This document shows, piece by piece, positions 28,091 through 40,910 of a stretch of 64,000 nucleotides of DNA; the stretch's first letter is position 1; every line of letters begins with the position of its first letter. Source of the DNA: Malacoraja senta (taxonomy: Eukaryota); contig CM075993.1 in NCBI GenBank assembly GCA_038087875.1, forward strand, positions 3,598,001-3,662,000. Reading direction: 5' to 3'. A program made the position numbers and the translations under genes. The notes beneath the pieces were generated by a model. The model ran no database searches and was not told the origin of the DNA. It worked only from the letters and a program-made list of their open reading frames with translations.

Positions 28091-28442
28091 ATTACAATAC
28101 CGGGGGAGAGATATTATGTACCATTGGGTGAATCTAATGATAAGGATGACATATGAATTACTGTCATAATGTGATATTACCAGGCAAATGTTGTGACTTC
28201 ATAGTTATTATTGTGATGCCTTCTTAACTTAAAGACACTTTCTCTCCCCAGTGTAGACTGTTTTTTTAAATCCACATATCATGGCCAAATCACTATCCCA
28301 CCATCAAGCTCACCATTGCATCCTCTGCCCTTTATCACATGAATATTACTGGGACCTCACTCATTTTCAGGAGGGGTTTATTTGTCATATGCACCGGATA
28401 TCAACCACTGACAATAAAATTCTCGCTTGCCACAGCTTTGCG

Positions 28443-28749
28443 ACCCTGTCCCACTTTCCCGAGTTACTCGCGAATTCTCCCGCGTTTTCCCCTTGATTCG
28501 AACTCGGAGAATGTCCGTAGCGAGGCCGTGGGAGTCCGTAGATATTTCGTAGTGGCTCGTTATGCCAGCCGTAGGTACTCGGGGCATCAGGTAAGTCGGG
28601 ACGTTTTTTTCAGCTTGATGAAAAATGTCCACGAGTAAAAAGAATTGCCCCGAGTACCTACGGCTGGCGATTACCGTAATTCTCTGAGATTGAATCAAGG
28701 GGGAAAACTCGGGAGAATCCGTGGTAACTCGGGAAAGTGGGACAGGGGT
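28443..28749. mobile_element. MITE with about 70-bp inverted ends beginning ccctgtcccactt
   Basis: ccctgtcccactttcccgagttac...ccttgattc mirrored by gaatcaagg...gtaactcgggaaagtgggacaggg. Confidence 0.75.
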
Positions 28750-31700
28750 TTTGCAGGCACAAAGACGTGCAGGTTTGTTGGTTAATTGGGCTCCTGTAAA
28801 TTACCCCGAGTTTGTAGAATGTGAAAGTGGGACAATATGGAACTAGTGTGTTCGAGTGATTGTTGGTCAGCATGGTCTCGATGGACCGAAGGGCCCGTTT
28901 CTTCACTGTATCTCTAAACTAAACACACTAGGTGCAACAACAATAATAAATATACATTAAATTATCAGTTGTTTCAAGTAAACCAGACCACGATAGTTTA
29001 GAGATACAGCGCGGAAACAGGCCCTTCGGCCCACCGAGTCTGCGCAGACCAGTGATCCCCGCACATTAACACTATCCCACACACACACTCTAGGGACAAT
29101 TTACACTTACACCAAGCCAATTAACCTACAAACCTGTGCGTCTTTTGGAGTGTGGGGGGAAACCGAAGATCGTGAAAAAAGGTCACGGGGAGAACGTACA
29201 AACTCCATACAGAGAGCGGCCATAGTCAGGATCGAACCCGGGTCTCTGGCACTGCAAGTGCTGTAAGGCAGCAACTCTACCGCTGTGCCGCCCTTACATT
29301 GTTGTACTGGGTGGTTCAAGAGGCTGATGGTTGATGAGAAGAAGCTGCTCTTGAACCTGGAGGTCACGGTTCCCAGGCTCCTGTGCCTTCTTCCCAATGG
29401 TAGCTTAGTTTAGATAGACACAAATTGCTGGAATAACTCAGCGGGCCAGGCAGCATCTCTGGAGAAAAAGGATGGGTGACTTGTCAGACTCCAGAAGAAT
29501 GGTCCTAACCCTAAAATGTCAGCCATCTTTTTTCTCTAGAGATGCTTCCAGAGCCACTGGCAGCAGTTCTCTTCAGAGATGCTGCCTGTCCTGCATTTTG
29601 TGCCTAGAGTCCAATTAAAGATAGTTCATGGGGTAGATGACACTCTAGCTGATGAGAGGACCATTCAGTTGCCTGATAACCGCTTGGAAGAAACTACTCC
29701 TGAATCTGGAGGTGTGCGTTTTCAAACTTCTGTACCTCTCGCCTCTTGGGAGAGAGGGGAAAGAGAGAAGAGATCATGGCCAGAGTGGTGTAGGTGTTTG
29801 GGTCTCGACGCGAAACCTCACCCATTCCTTCTCTCCAGAGATGCTGCCTGTCCCGCTGAGTTACTCCAGCTTTTGGTGTCCATCTTAGGTGTTTGACAAC
29901 ATTAGCCACCTTCTGGAGGCAACGCTTCCTGTAGATCCCTTCAAAGGTGAGAAGGTCCGTGGCCTTGTTGGACCAGGCAAATGGTCAAAGACAATTAGTA
30001 AAATTAGTCCTTTGCTGTTGCTTTAAATAGAAAGCTTCATTGTTTCAAAATTATCCAATGAAACATATCTAGTGATATTAATTTCAAGATGAATTCTTGA
30101 TTAGTACGGGGGTGGAGGCAGGAGAGTGGGGTTAGGAGGGAGAAATAGATCAGCTATGATTGAATGCCGGAGTAGACTTTTGATGGGCCGAATGGCCTAA
30201 TTCTACTCCTATTCCTTATGACCTTATGACAGAGTTCCAGCAAGAAGTAGCATGAAATCTCATTGGTAATAATGTAATAATTAGACAGGCAGTGCCACAA
30301 GGGCGAAGGAAATCACGACTCGGTGATTGAATGAAGAGATTAAAAAAAGATAGGTTTAATGATGAGGTTTAAAGATAGGATTCATCTCAGCGCAGTCACA
30401 GCAGGTGCATCCTGAATTGACTCAATGTAAACAGTCTATCTTCAGACTCACTCTAAACTAACTCTACTGGGCGGCACAGTGGCACAGCAATACAGCGCCA
30501 GAGACCCGGGATCAATCCTCATCACGGCTGCTGTCTGATCGGAGTTTGTACGTTCTCCCTGTCTAGAAACATAGAAAATAGGTGCAGGAGTAGTCCATTC
30601 GGCCCTTCGAGCCTGCACCGCCATTCAATATGATCATGGCTGATCATCCAACTCAGTATCCCATCCCTGCCTTCTCTCCATACCCCCTGATCCCTTTAGC
30701 CACAAGGGCCACATCTAACTCCCTCTTAAATATAGCCAATGAACTGGCCTCAACTACTTTCTGTGGCAGAGAATTCCACCACTCTCTGTGTGAATTTTTT
30801 TTTTCTCATCTCGGTCCTAAAAGACTTCCCCCTTATCCTTAAACTGTGTGACCCCTTGTTCTGGACTTCCCCAACATCGGGAACAATCTTCTAGCCTGTC
30901 CAACGTGGGTTTCCTCCGGGTGCTCCGGTTACCTCCCACTTTCCAAAGACGTGTAGGTTTGCAGTTTGCTTCTGTAAATTGTCTGTAACTTGATGCCAAG
31001 ACTGTTTCCTATCTACGACCCTCCTCAGGCTCAAATGAAACTGCCGATCCTGCAGTCCGAAAAAGGGGTCCCGACCCAAATCATCGTCTGTCCATTTTCC
31101 ATCCGCAGATGCTGCCCGGTCCACTGGGCTCCTCCAGCTCATTGTCTTTTGCTCAGGATTTCAGCATCTTGAGCAAAGCCCAAAGCGCCGGAAGAACTGG
31201 TCCCTTCACCCACCAAGTCCACGCCGACCATCGATCACCTGCTCCACACTGGTTCCAGGTTATCCCACTTTCGCCATCCTCTCCCACTCACTTTCACCGA
31301 CAAACCCGCACGTCTTTGGTATGTGGGAGGGAACCGGAGCACCTGGAGAAAACCCACGTGGAGAACGTGCAAACTCCACATAGAAAACACCCGAGGTCAG
31401 GATTGAACCAGGGTCTCTGGAGCTGTGAGGCAGCAGCTCTACCAGCTGCACCATTCTGCCACCATGTTCTAATGGGTGAACTATACTCCATGCACAGCCA
31501 TCTATTACAAGTGCTGACCATGACACTGGAGCAGGTATCCTCTATAGATTAGTTGTTCCGTTAGTTTACTTTAGTTTAGTTTAGCTTAGAGATACAGCGC
31601 GGAAACAGGCCCTTCGGCCCCTCGAGTCCGCCCCGACCAGCGATCCCCGCACACTAACACTACCCTAAACACACTAGGGACAATTTTACATTGATAACCG

Positions 31701-32063
31701 AGCCAATTAACCTGCAAACCTGCACGTCTTTGGAGTGCGGGAGGAAACTGAAGGTCTCGGGGAAAACCCACGCGGTCACGGGGAGAACGTACAAACTCCG
31801 TACAGACAGCACCCGTAGTCGGGATCGAACCCGGGTCTCCAGCGCTGCAAGTGCTGTAAGGCAGCAACTCTACCGCGCCGCCCTATTAACTCTGACTAGT
31901 TCCACTGTCCTCTTGATTAAATTTTACTGATCGTATGCCTCGTTGTCACCTTCCCCTCAGCTAACAATGAAACATTCTACGTTTCCTTGATCAGGATGCT
32001 CAATTTTCGGTTCCTCCCACACGCTAAGGGCGTACAGGTTTGTAGATTAATTGGCTCAATATA

Positions 32064-33730
32064 GGGAGGTTGCACGTCAGTCGGGTCACGACCCGTGACA
32101 CGTATTGTTGCCACGCAACGCCAACTGGAGTACACGCAATGAACTGCAGGTATGCATTTACCATTGTTTCCAGCGTTGCGGGCCCGTTAAAAAACGCCGA
32201 AATTGTCCATTTTTGCGCTGTAAATAATCATGGAAATCGGGGTAATCGTGAGAGACATTTATCCTACTTCAGAATTTCAAAAGTGAGGGGAAATTATGGT
32301 AATAATAACAAAATAATAATAATCATTTTATTTACTGGCGCCTTTCTAAGACCCAAGGACACCTTACAATGCATAGAATCACAAAAAAATACAAAACACA
32401 TAATCGGAATAAATTAAATATAAAAACACCACAGTACACAAATCAAGGACAGAATTCAATTTCAAGAGTACCAAAAGAAAATAAGAAACACAATTTGAGG
32501 AGAGAGCAGCGGCGACTGATTCGCGCCAGCGTCCACTCTCCCCTCCGACCGCCATCTTGTACACGGACTAACAGGCACAGCACACAAAATCATCCCCCCA
32601 CAATGACCACCACTGTGGGGGAAGGAACAATGTCCAGTCCCCAACCCAGTTCTCCCCAGAGTCAGGCCCATCGAGGCCACCACAGTTGCCTCTACGGAGG
32701 CCCAATGTTTCTGGCCGTCGGGAGAGTCCTCGCAGCGGCTGGAACGGCCGGTAGAGAGAAGCGAGAGCTGAAGGGACAACAACAGCTAAAGTGGTTGGCG
32801 AACATTGGCCGTGCAGATATCAAGATTGAAAATATTGGCAATTATCACATTTACTCACTGCGTTTCATCAGCAGTAAGGCATTATTTGTGTTTTTTCTTG
32901 ATTCCTTTGGTATCTAAAAAGTTTCAGGTGATGAATCTGGCTGTACAATTTTAAAATGGCCCATGGTTCTCAAGTGGGTTTTTTCATGCAAAAAGAAAAC
33001 GCTTCTGAAGCAAAATTTATCATTAAAAAAATCACAAACCACACGTGGGTTTTGAATTACATTTTACTCAGATGCAAGCCAAGGAATGACATAATTGTTA
33101 GCTGTTAATTGGACATAATCAACCTCAGCAACTTGACAATATCTTTGAAAGTGAGTGGGTGTTTAAGCTGTCAGGACATTTTATTATTTGCCAAAATACA
33201 CCTCAATAGCATAATGACAGAAAACTTACTTTTCCACACACCATTCGTAAGTTTCCTTTTTGCATGTAAAAACCCACTTCAGAACCACGGACGATTTTAA
33301 AATTTTACAGCCAAATTTATCACATCTGAACCTTTTTAGATACCAAAGGAATCAAGAAAAAACACAAATAATGCCTTACTGTTGATGAAATGCAGTGAGC
33401 AAACGTGATAATTTTCAATCTAGATATCTGCACGGCCAATGTTCGCCAAGCACTTTAGCTGTTGTTGTCCCTTCAGCTCTCGCTTCTCTCTACCATCATT
33501 TCTCCTCACCTTTGGAGTTCGGAAGTAGGATAAATGTCTCTCACGCCTACCCTGATTTCCACGATTATTTACAGTGCCAAAAATGACCATTTCGGCGTTT
33601 TTTTAACGGATAAGAAAGTACACGTTTTGTGTATTAACATTATATGCTGGAAGCTGCCATGTACTCCACATGGATTGAGCTGCTCCGGGCGTCACGCCCT
33701 TTGACCCGATGACCTTACGTGCAACCCCCC
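32064..33730. mobile_element. Foldback-type non-autonomous DNA transposon with long inverted arms
   Basis: Termini gggaggttgcacgt / acgtgcaacccccc flanked by tata on both sides. 32190-32300 plus 32750-33010 is reverse-complementary to 33245-33605. It splits an HE1-like SINE. Confidence 0.85.
32301..32749 (-). mobile_element. Retroelement 3' end with (ATT)n tail inserted in the left foldback arm
   Basis: Absent from the right arm; short ggta duplication; tail related to 42998-43178 and 43780-43962. Confidence 0.65.
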
Positions 33731-34359
33731 TATAAGTGTGAAATTGTCCCAAGTGTGTGCAGGATTGTGTTAGTGTGCGGGCATCGCCGGCTGATGCGGA
33801 CTCGATGGGCCGAAGGGCCTGTTTCTGCGCTGTATCTCCAAATTAAACTAAACTAAACTAAAAAGGGTTGGAGTTGCATAGAACGATGACTCTTCCTTCA
33901 CTCGAAGAGAGGGAATGTATGCCGCAGTGCTTTAAACCGTTGAATGAGACGGAGGTTTGCCTGGTTCCTGTGTTGATGGATTGCTATGGGGGTGTCTGTG
34001 AGCTTCTGCGATTGAGACTCTAATTAAAAGGTAGTTCGACACCTGAATCGGAAACTATCTCAACCTTGTAATTTGACCTTGAGCGTTAAATAGCCGTTGC
34101 GAGGATAGTAATTTACCGGAATCAATCTACTGTCAAAGCTAAAGGTTTGCTTACATGAACTATTAATATCCAAAACAATTAGTTTCCTGCTCTTCCCACA
34201 GCTGCTTATCTTTTTGGAACATTAGGTCGTGGCTCCTGTAAATCTGACGCACCACTGAGGCAGTGGCTGGCTTGAGATGGTGACGAGTAATGAATAAATT
34301 CAATCCATGATCTCTTTCCCTCATCCCCCTCCCCTCCCCCCCCCCCTCACCCCCTCCAG

Positions 34360-34584
34360 AGTGAAATGGATGAGAACCAGATCCAGCTGGCTGGCGGCGA
34401 CGTGGAACTGCCGAAGGAGTTGGCCAAGATGATCGAACAGGACAACGTGGAAGAGGCCGAGAAGGACTCCCTGATGGGGCAGCTCAGCAACATCCAAAAC
34501 CTAGACCTGGACAGCTTGAAGGACAAGGCTCAGGCAACCCTGGAAGACTTCAAGCAAACGGCAGAGAAATGCTGTGTCATGTGA
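34360..34584 (+). CDS. CPLX3: Complexin-3 last coding exon with C-terminal CAAX (CCVM)
   Basis: Polypyrimidine tract then ccag|AGT. Translates [27 protein letters not shown]...[25 protein letters not shown]. GGDVELPx[16 protein letters not shown] and AEKCxVM fit CPLX3 better than CPLX4. Confidence 0.93.
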   Translation, partial: SEMDENQIQLAGGDVELPKELAKMIEQDNVEEAEKDSLMGQLSNIQNLDLDSLKDKAQATLEDFKQTAEKCCVM

Positions 34585-35364
34585 AAACCACAAACACTGG
34601 GACTGATTTTCACCTTTTCACCGCGACTTAAGCGAAAAATGCAAATTTCTGCCCCCCCCCCCTTATTACATAACTTAAACCTGAACTTTAATCTCCAGGT
34701 GAAGGCAATATGTTAGTTGGGTTGTCACAGGTCTAAAGCCTTCACTTTGTACAATATACCTGTCAATGAGTGATTCTTGTCGACTCTCATTGGCAATCTG
34801 TTAATTCTTGCTTCTGGTATCTCAAGAGACGAGAGTGTGATCCAGGCTTGGAATTCTGAACATAAACACTAACTCCTGGGCAGTGGATGACTCTCCCATC
34901 CATTTATACCCGCGATAGAACATTTCAGTAGCAGAAATGGCCATTGTTAAAATAATAGGTGCGCAGTCATCTTAATCTAGTTTAATTAGTAGAAACGATG
35001 AACTGTAGATGCTGGTTTATATGAAAGTGCACACAAAATGCTGGAGTAACTGAGCGGGTCAGGCAGCATCTCTGCATGGGTGATGTTTAAAAGAAGGGCC
35101 CCGACCCGAAACGTCACCCATTCCTGCTCTCCAGAGATGCTGCTTGGCCCACTGGTTGACTCCAGCACTTTGTGTCCTTTCTCGTTCAATTAGTTGTGTT
35201 CCACCATGAACATGCCAACAAAATCACAGCATCTTTGGCCTAGATCATCTTCCCAGCCGTACACTTAGAGAAACCTGGTGTAACAACAGCTTCTCCATAT
35301 ATCCAGTCTTTAATCCAGCAAAATGTTTGATGGTGGATCTCCAGATAGGCAACACAAGGAATCA

Positions 35365-35884
35365 TAGAGACACATAGATACATAGATACATAGAAAATAG
35401 GTACAGGAGTAGGCCATTCGGCCCTTCGAGCCTGCACCGCCATTCAATATGATCATGGCTGATCATCCAACTCAGTATCCCGTACCTGCCTTCTCTCCAT
35501 ACCCCCTGATCCCTTTAGCCACAAGGGCCACATCTAACTCCCTCTTAAATATAGCCAATGAACTGGCCTCAACTACCCTCTGTGGCAGAGAGTTCCAGAG
35601 ATTCACCACTCTCTGTGTGAAAAAGTTTTTTCTCATCTCGGTCTTAAAGGATTTCCCCCTTATCCTTAAGCTGTGACCCCTTGTCCTGGACTTCCCCAAC
35701 ATCGGGAACAATCTTCCTGCATCTAGCCTGTCCAACCCCATAAGGATTTTGTACGTTTCTATAAGATCCCCTCTCAAACTCCTAAATTCTAGCGAGTATA
35801 AGCCAAGTCTATCCAGTCTTTCTTCATATGAAAGTCCTGACATCCCAGGAATCAGTCTGGTGAACCTTCTCTGCACTCCCTCTA
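35365..35884 (-). mobile_element. CR1 LINE 3' end (young subfamily)
   Basis: Nearly identical to 40400-40910. Confidence 0.9.
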
Positions 35885-36832
35885 GAGAGATAGATACAGC
35901 ACAGTAAATGCACCAGGAATGAGTGGGTTAGCATATGATGAGCGTTTGACAACAGTGGGCTGTCAAACTCGCTGGAGTTTAGAAGGTTGAGGGGGGACCT
36001 CATTGAAACTTACGGAAGAATGAAAGGTATAATTAGAGTGGATGTGGAGAGGATGTTTCCACTGGTGGGAGAATCTCGGACCAGAGGTCACAGCCTCAGA
36101 ATTAAAGGGCTCTCTTTTAGAAATTAGGTGAGGAGGAACTTGTTGAGTTAATCTGTGGAACTCATTGCCACAGAGGGCTGTGGAGGCCAAGTCAGTGGAT
36201 ATATTTTAAGGCAGAGATGGACAAATCCTTAATTGGAACGGGTGTCAAGGGTTATGCGGAGAAGGCAGGAAAATGGGATTAGGAGGCGGAGATCAGCTGT
36301 GATGGAATGGCGGAGTGGAACCGATGGGCTAATTCGATTCCTATAACTGATGAACTGGTGAAGAACAGGCCCTTTGGCCCACCAAGCACCCATATTTAGT
36401 GTTCCTGTCCCAACACGTTTTATTCTTCCTCCTATTCCCTTCAACTCCCTTCCCGGTTCCACCGGTCATCTACAAAAACAAGGGACAATTTCACGGTCGA
36501 TTGGAAGTTCAGACATAGGGAGAGTTTTTTTAAGGAGCGTCTTCAAGAAGGTCAGAGAGCGCCATCAGAGTAGGGCATTGCATAACCCAGCACCGCATAG
36601 TCTTTAGAAGTGTATTGTCATGTCTTGTAATGTCAAAGCTGCTGTATTAATGTAGGCGGTTGTTGTTGTAATGTAGAATGGACACCAGTGTTGCTGCGTG
36701 AGCCAAGGGAATGGGCAATGTTAAAGTGTTGAACTCCACTTCAACTCCAAGCCTGAATCCACTCTCTATTACAAAATGACGACATCTTTGTTCACCCAGG
36801 GATTACAAAGGATACAACGTCACCTTTCGTTC

Positions 36833-37485
36833 TTCCCCCCTCTCTCCCCACTCTCCCCACCCAGAAACCCCTCTCCCCCTCTCCACCCCTCTCCCCCCAA
36901 CACCCTCTCTCCCCCTCTCCCCTTCCCTTCCTAAACTTCCCTCTCTAACCCACTCTAACGACCCAACACCCCCCTCTCCCCTTCCCTCTCCCCCTCACAC
37001 CCCTCTCTCTCTCCCCTCTCTACCCCCTCTCTCTCTCCCCTCTCTCTCTCCTCTCTCTGCCTCCTCTCTCTGCCTCCCTCTCTCTCTCCCTCTCCACCCT
37101 CTCTCTCCCCCTCTCTTTCCCACCTCTCTCCCTGTCTCTCACTCCCTCCCTCCCCCTCCCCCCTCTCTCTCCCTCCCTCCATCCCTCCCCCCTCTCTCCC
37201 CTCTCTCACCGCCCCTCTCTCTCCCCCCTCTCTCTCCCTCCCTCCATCCCTCCCCCCTCTCTCCCCTCTCTCACCGCCCCTCTCTCTCCCCCTCTCTCTC
37301 TCCCCCTCTCTCTCTCCCCCTCTCTCTGCCTCCCTCTCTCTCCCCCTCTCTCCCCTCTCTCACCCCCTCTCCGCCCCTCCCTTTCTTCCCCATCTCTCCC
37401 CCCTTTCCCTCACACTTCATCTCTCTCGCCCCATCTCTCCTCCTCTCTCCCCCCCTCTCTCTCTCCCCCTCACTCTCACACATTC
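36833..37485. repeat. About 650-bp polypyrimidine (CT-rich) low-complexity tract
   Basis: Almost exclusively C/T on the + strand. Confidence 0.95.
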
Positions 37486-38777
37486 CTTCCAGTCAACGCT
37501 CTTAAAGCATTGTTATTAATGCCAAACCAATATATTTATGCACAGGTTAGGATAGCCATATCTGACATCTCCTATGTGTGCGTTTGCTATCGTCGTTTGT
37601 TTATATATTCGTTAAGCTGTTTGATGTGAAAAGCAGTCTTTTATCTTGATCTTTATCCAGGCATTTGATGGACATGTTAAAGGTTTATCAACCATGCAGA
37701 GTCTAAACTTCACTATTCTGCTACGGATTAGAATTTCATGTTAGAGGCAAATTCTCTGTAAACTACCCATTCCCCAAGATTTATTCCAGCACTTGCATGC
37801 AATCTAAGTCTTACCCTTAAAATGTCTGTTTTTTGTGCAAACCTCATCACTTCTTTGTGCCAATTCCTTGCCTCATGGACCAGACTGTGAGTGCGACCCC
37901 TCCCCTCTCCTCACCCTCCCCCCTCCTCCCTCCCCCTCCCCCCACCCTCTCTCCCCTCCCCCCATGAAAGCGCGGGGAGTGGGCTGGGGGTGACTTAGAC
38001 CCCCACCTCTGCCCTCTCCCTGGAGCTACTGATCAGCGATCAATTCAGTTCACTTTAGTTGATTGTCCCTTGTGCCGAGGTACAGTGTTGCAGCTTTTGT
38101 TGCGTGTCTACCCAGTCAGCGGAAAGACAATGCACGATTACAATCGACCCCAATTTACGGCGTGTAGATGCATGAAAAGGGAATAATAACGTTTAGTGCA
38201 AGGTAAAGCCAGCAAAGTCCGACCAAGGATAGTCCGAGGGTCAACAAAGAGGTAGATAGAAGCTGAGCTCTGCCAGAGGGCAGTGCTAAACTGCTATCTA
38301 CCTCTTTGGTCACATTCATGTTCGCCACTCATCCCAATCCAAATCAGTCTGAAGAAGGGTCTCGAGCCGAAACGTCACCCATTCCTTCGCTCCATGGATG
38401 CTGCCTCACCCGCTGAGTTTCTCCAGCTTTTTGTCTATCCCAATCCAAAGATCAGGATTATTGGAGGTTGGGGGGGGGGGGGTGGAGGGGGAGCTGTGGG
38501 AAGATGGCATTTCAAGGGTTCAATGGAACTTATGTCCCACTGACCTAGTTACAGTGAAATTCCTTTCGCTTCCAGATAATTCAGTAAATTACAAAACTCC
38601 TCTTAAGGACACTCCATTCTTGTTGTTTAAATGTGTCAATTGTCTCTTAGTACTACTATGAAAGTCTGTGTCTGTAGCCGTTTATACCCCACCCCCTCCC
38701 CTCCACCCCCCCTCCCCTCCACCCCAGCCCCACCCCACCCCAACCCGCTCTCTGCGTTCTAAACACCTCAGTTGCTC

Positions 38778-38799
38778 AATAAACTACTTTCTCAATAAA
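38778..38799 (+). terminator. Candidate tandem polyadenylation signals for CPLX3 (would imply a 3' UTR of about 4.2 kb)
   Basis: AATAAA at 38778-38783 and 38794-38799 in non-repeat sequence. No transcript evidence. Confidence 0.3.
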
Positions 38800-40080
38800 G
38801 GATTCAAAGCCATTGACTCGGATGTGTGTGAGATTCTTTCAGCTGCTTAACCACGGTTGGTGTAAACCCCAGTCCACGAGCCGTCGCACTGTTTCAGTAA
38901 ACCACATCTCTCTCTCCCCCATTTTCTTTTCCATTCTATTTCTCTTTTCCTCCCTCTGTCTTTTTTTTTCTCTTTTTTTACTCTCCGCCCTGCCCTATCT
39001 TTCTCTACCGGCATCTGCAGTTCCTTCCCACACGTTCTCTCTCATGCCTTCCCCCCCCCCCCCCCCCCCCCCACCCCCACTTGAAGGATATGTATCTGCT
39101 ACACTGTTGTAACCACACATGAGCAGCATAAAGATAACTGGGCGATAGATATGGGAGCTCGAGTTGAAAACCCTCTGCGGTAGACAAAATGCTGGAAACC
39201 CAGACCCCTATCATTTGGTGTGTAGGTCCTGCCCATGTTAGACTTTCCAAAATGCAACCCCTCACATTTCTCTGTATTAAATTCCATTAACCATTCAGAT
39301 CACCTGCCCAACCGATCAAGATGCTGCTGTAATTCTTGGACAACCATCTTCACTGTCTACAACCCCGCCCACTTTGGTGTCATCTGCAAGTTTGCTAATC
39401 ATGCCGTGTATAGATGACAACAGCAATGGGGTCAGCTCTGAACCCTGAGGCATACGTTAAGTCACAGACCTCCAGTCTGAAAACAATTTCCATCATCACC
39501 CTCTGCTTTCCTCCATGAAGCCAATTTTCTATCCTTTCAGCTACCCTCTCCTTGGATCCCATATGATCTAATCTTCCAGAGCAGCCTACCCTGTGGAACA
39601 TTGTCAAAAGGCTTACTGAAATCCATATATTCAATACAATACCTACAGCTCAGCCTTTATCAACCTTTTTGGTCACATCTTCAAAAATCTCAGGTTCATG
39701 AGACACGACCTCCCATGTACAAAACCATTCTGAAGAAGGGTTTCGGCCCGAAACGTTGCCTATTTCCTTCGCTCCATAGATGCTGCTGCACCCACTGAGT
39801 TTCTCCAGCATTTTTGTCTACCTTCGATTTTCCAGCATCTGCAGTTCCTTCTTGAACATTTTAACCCTCCGTGGTAATTGGGGAACGTCATGTTAAGGTT
39901 GTGGGCATCACTAGCAGAGATTGAAGTTTTGTTGCCCATCCCAGTCATGTAGGTTAATTGGCTTGGTATAAGATGCAAAAATGTCCCCTGTGTGCGTAGG
40001 ATAGTGTTCATGTGTAGGGATCGCTGGTCGGTGCGGACTCGGTGGGCCGAAGGGCCTGTTTCTGCACTGTATCTCTAAAC

Positions 40081-40253
40081 CAGTGGTTCTTAACCTTTTT
40101 GGCACTAGTACGCGCATACGTGAACAAAATACTGTATGTGGCATGTTCCTTTGTTAGGTTCCTAAACAGGGGCTCAACAAATTGACGTGTTATTTGTGTC
40201 CCCTTCATGACCCCCGGCAAAGCCCCAACTGACCCCCAGGTTAAGAACCACTG
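40081..40253. mobile_element. hAT/Charlie-like MITE inserted in a SINE tail
   Basis: TIR cagtggttcttaacct / aggttaagaaccactg; 8-bp TSD ctctaaac / gtctaaac. Confidence 0.8.
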
Positions 40254-40277
40254 GTCTAAACTAAACTAAAATGTCTG

Positions 40278-40910
40278 CAGTTAAAAGCTAAGTATAGGAG
40301 CTGGGAGGTTCTACTGCAGTTGTACAGGGTCTTGGTGAGACCACACCTGGAGTATTGCGTACAGTTTTGGTCTCCAAATCTGAGGAAGGACATTATAGCC
40401 ATAGAGGGAGTGCAGAGAAGGTTCACCAGACTGATTCCTGGGATGTCAGGACTTTCATATGAAGAAAGACTGGATAGACTTGGCTTATACTCGCTAGAAT
40501 TTAGGAGATTGAGAGGGGATCTTATAGAAACGTACAAAATTCTTATGGGGTTGGACAGGCTAGATGCAGGAAGATTGTTCCCGATGTTGGGGAAGTCCAG
40601 GACAAGGGGTCACAGCTTAAGGATAAGGGGGAAATCCTTTAAGACCGAGATGAGGAAAAACTTTTTCACACAGAGAGTGGTGAATCTCTGGAACTCTCTG
40701 CCACAGAGGGTAGTTGAGGCCAGTTCATTGGCTATATTTAAGAGGGAGTTAGATGTGGCCCTTGTGGCTAAAGGGATCAGGGGGTATGGAGAGAAGGCAG
40801 GTACGGGATACTGAGTTGGATGATCAGCCATGATCATATTGAATGGCGGTGCAGGCTCGAAGGGCCGAATGGCCTACTCCTGCACCTATTTTCTATGTAT
40901 CTATGTATCT
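40278..40910 (+). mobile_element. CR1-clade LINE 3' end, young subfamily with (CTATGTAT)n tail
   Basis: ORF LVRPHLEYCVQFWSP...RRLRGDLIETYKI...RTRGH...FFTQRVVNLWNSLP is the CR1 ORF2 C-terminus. Confidence 0.92.
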
